Below, piece by piece: positions 10,120 to 10,789 of a DNA stretch of 10,789 bases. The position numbers and the translations under genes were made by a program. Positions within the stretch are counted from its first letter, which is position 1. Each line of letters starts with the position of its first letter. Below the pieces are notes generated by a model. That model had not been told where the DNA came from, did no database searches, and saw nothing but the letters and a program-made list of their open reading frames with translations. Source of the DNA: Azolla caroliniana (Eukaryota; Plantae; Polypodiophyta); assembly GCA_043228905.1 (NCBI GenBank), contig JBHGNT010001228.1, positions 1 to 10,789 of the forward strand. Direction: 5' to 3'.

Positions 10120-10132
10120 AAGGTGAATAAAC
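10120..10132 (-). other. Primer-binding site, self-priming type
   Basis: Minus strand GTTTATTCACCTT directly after the LTR. It lacks the TGG of a tRNA PBS but is complementary at 10 of 11 nt to AAGGTGAACAA at 10350-10340 in the LTR. Confidence 0.7.
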
Positions 10133-10163
10133 TGTCACGAACGGGTGGAATGAGGTTAAGTAC

Positions 10164-10165
<2 letters not shown>

Positions 10166-10195
<30 letters not shown>
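10166..10195. repeat. (AG)15 microsatellite inside outer LTR
   Basis: Read directly from the sequence. Confidence 0.95.
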
Positions 10196-10196
<1 letters not shown>

Positions 10197-10374
10197 ATAA
10201 GCAAGATCACAAGATTGTCAAGGACAAGTAGACGAGGCTCAGTATTAAGAGATAGCCGGAGAGAGAGCATAGACAAGAGAACAAGCAAGAGAGAGGATAG
10301 ACAAATAAACAAGAACTGTATATGCTTTCGAAACTAGCGTTGTTCACCTTGATTGTAATCAAGGTGCACCCCAA

Positions 10375-10382
10375 TATTTATA
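10375..10382 (-). promoter_or_regulatory. TATA box of outer LTR
   Basis: TATAAATA on the minus strand, 32 nt upstream of the inferred transcript start (10350). Confidence 0.75.
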
Positions 10383-10415
10383 CAAGAATGTGGAGGTATG
10401 CATGATAGCTAGAAG

Positions 10416-10454
10416 ACTTCTAGAGAGTGCATGGAAACTTCTAGAGAGTGCATG
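10416..10454. repeat. 18-bp direct repeat in U3
   Basis: ACTTCTAGAGAGTGCATG at 10416-10433 and 10437-10454. Confidence 0.9.
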
Positions 10455-10469
10455 AAGATGCATTCTCTA

Positions 10470-10487
10470 GAAGGTTCTTGAAAGTTC
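10470..10487. promoter_or_regulatory. Four-unit heat-shock element in U3
   Basis: GAAggTTCttGAAagTTC matches GAAnnTTCnnGAAnnTTC exactly, about 90 bp upstream of the TATA box. Confidence 0.65.
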
Positions 10488-10531
10488 TAGTTATCAATCT
10501 ATAATGAAATAAGTTGAGTCTTACACCATTG

Positions 10532-10603
10532 ATGGATGTAGCTCAACTGGTAAGGTTTCCTAATAAGACCAGACGGTCATGGGTTCAACCCCCACCATTC
10601 CAT
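10532..10603 (+). pseudogene. tRNA-like sequence (pseudo-tRNA or SINE head) with Pol III A and B boxes
   Basis: A box TAGCTCAACTGG (10539-10550), B box GGTTCAACCCC (10582-10592), imperfect acceptor stem ATGGATG/CATTCCAT, stem GGTTT/AGACC around a 7-nt loop. D-stem is degenerate. Confidence 0.65.
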
Positions 10604-10789
10604 GTGGCATGTTGTCTATGACACATGTAGTTGATTTTTTAAGAACTAATATGTCAATGAGTGCAACTGGTGTTTATTCCTCGCAGGTCCGAGATACCAA
10701 ATGAGTATTTTGGGAAGTGACGATAGATGAAGTAAATAGGAAGTGCCAAGGAATTCCCGAAGTGCGATCTCTCCATGTTGTTCGAGGTT

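Larger units (their letters stand above)
1..10525 (-). mobile_element. Outer Ty3/gypsy LTR retrotransposon (Tf1/Tcn1-like), degenerate, 3' end outside the window, interrupted by a nested element (3910-9815) and a NUMT (1921-2167)
   Basis: TG...CA LTR at 10133-10525, then minus-strand gag (CCHC knuckle), protease (LLDSGA), RT, RNase H and integrase in gypsy order. Multiple stops and frameshifts. Confidence 0.95.
10133..10525 (-). repeat. 5' LTR of outer element (393 bp)
   Basis: Minus strand starts TGTAAGAC and ends TCGTGACA. Contains TATAAATA and lies 33 nt upstream of the gag ATG (10099). The partner LTR is not in the window, so the boundaries are inferred. Confidence 0.8.

Noticed and set aside
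10532-10603. Functional tRNA-Leu(TAA)
   Set aside because: The D-stem is broken, there is C instead of U at position 33, and the acceptor stem is bulged. Kept only as tRNA-like.
1-10789. Prokaryotic RT systems (retron, DGR, CRISPR-RT)
   Set aside because: The RT lies in an LTR/gag/integrase context and no repeat-spacer array is present.

Overview
This window is eukaryotic (plant, most likely moss-like) repetitive DNA made of nested, decayed Ty3/gypsy LTR retrotransposons. The outer element (minus strand, 5' LTR 10133-10525, then gag-PR-RT-RNaseH-IN running off the left edge) has Tf1/Tcn1-like traits: a self-priming-type PBS, a -1 frameshift signal with a pseudoknot, and a perfect heat-shock element in U3. 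Its gag is split by a second gypsy element (3910-9815, TSD AACCC). That inner element has lost half of one LTR plus gag/PR/RT and carries a ~930-codon extra ORF. Oddly, it has a tRNA-Arg-like primer-binding site on the strand opposite to its genes, where a polypurine tract should be. The outer RT gene is interrupted by a ~245-bp mitochondrial DNA fragment (5' end of 26S rRNA plus a tRNA-like element), and a tRNA-like/SINE-like sequence sits just outside the outer LTR. No intact protein gene is present. Family and host assignments are from recalled motifs, not database searches.
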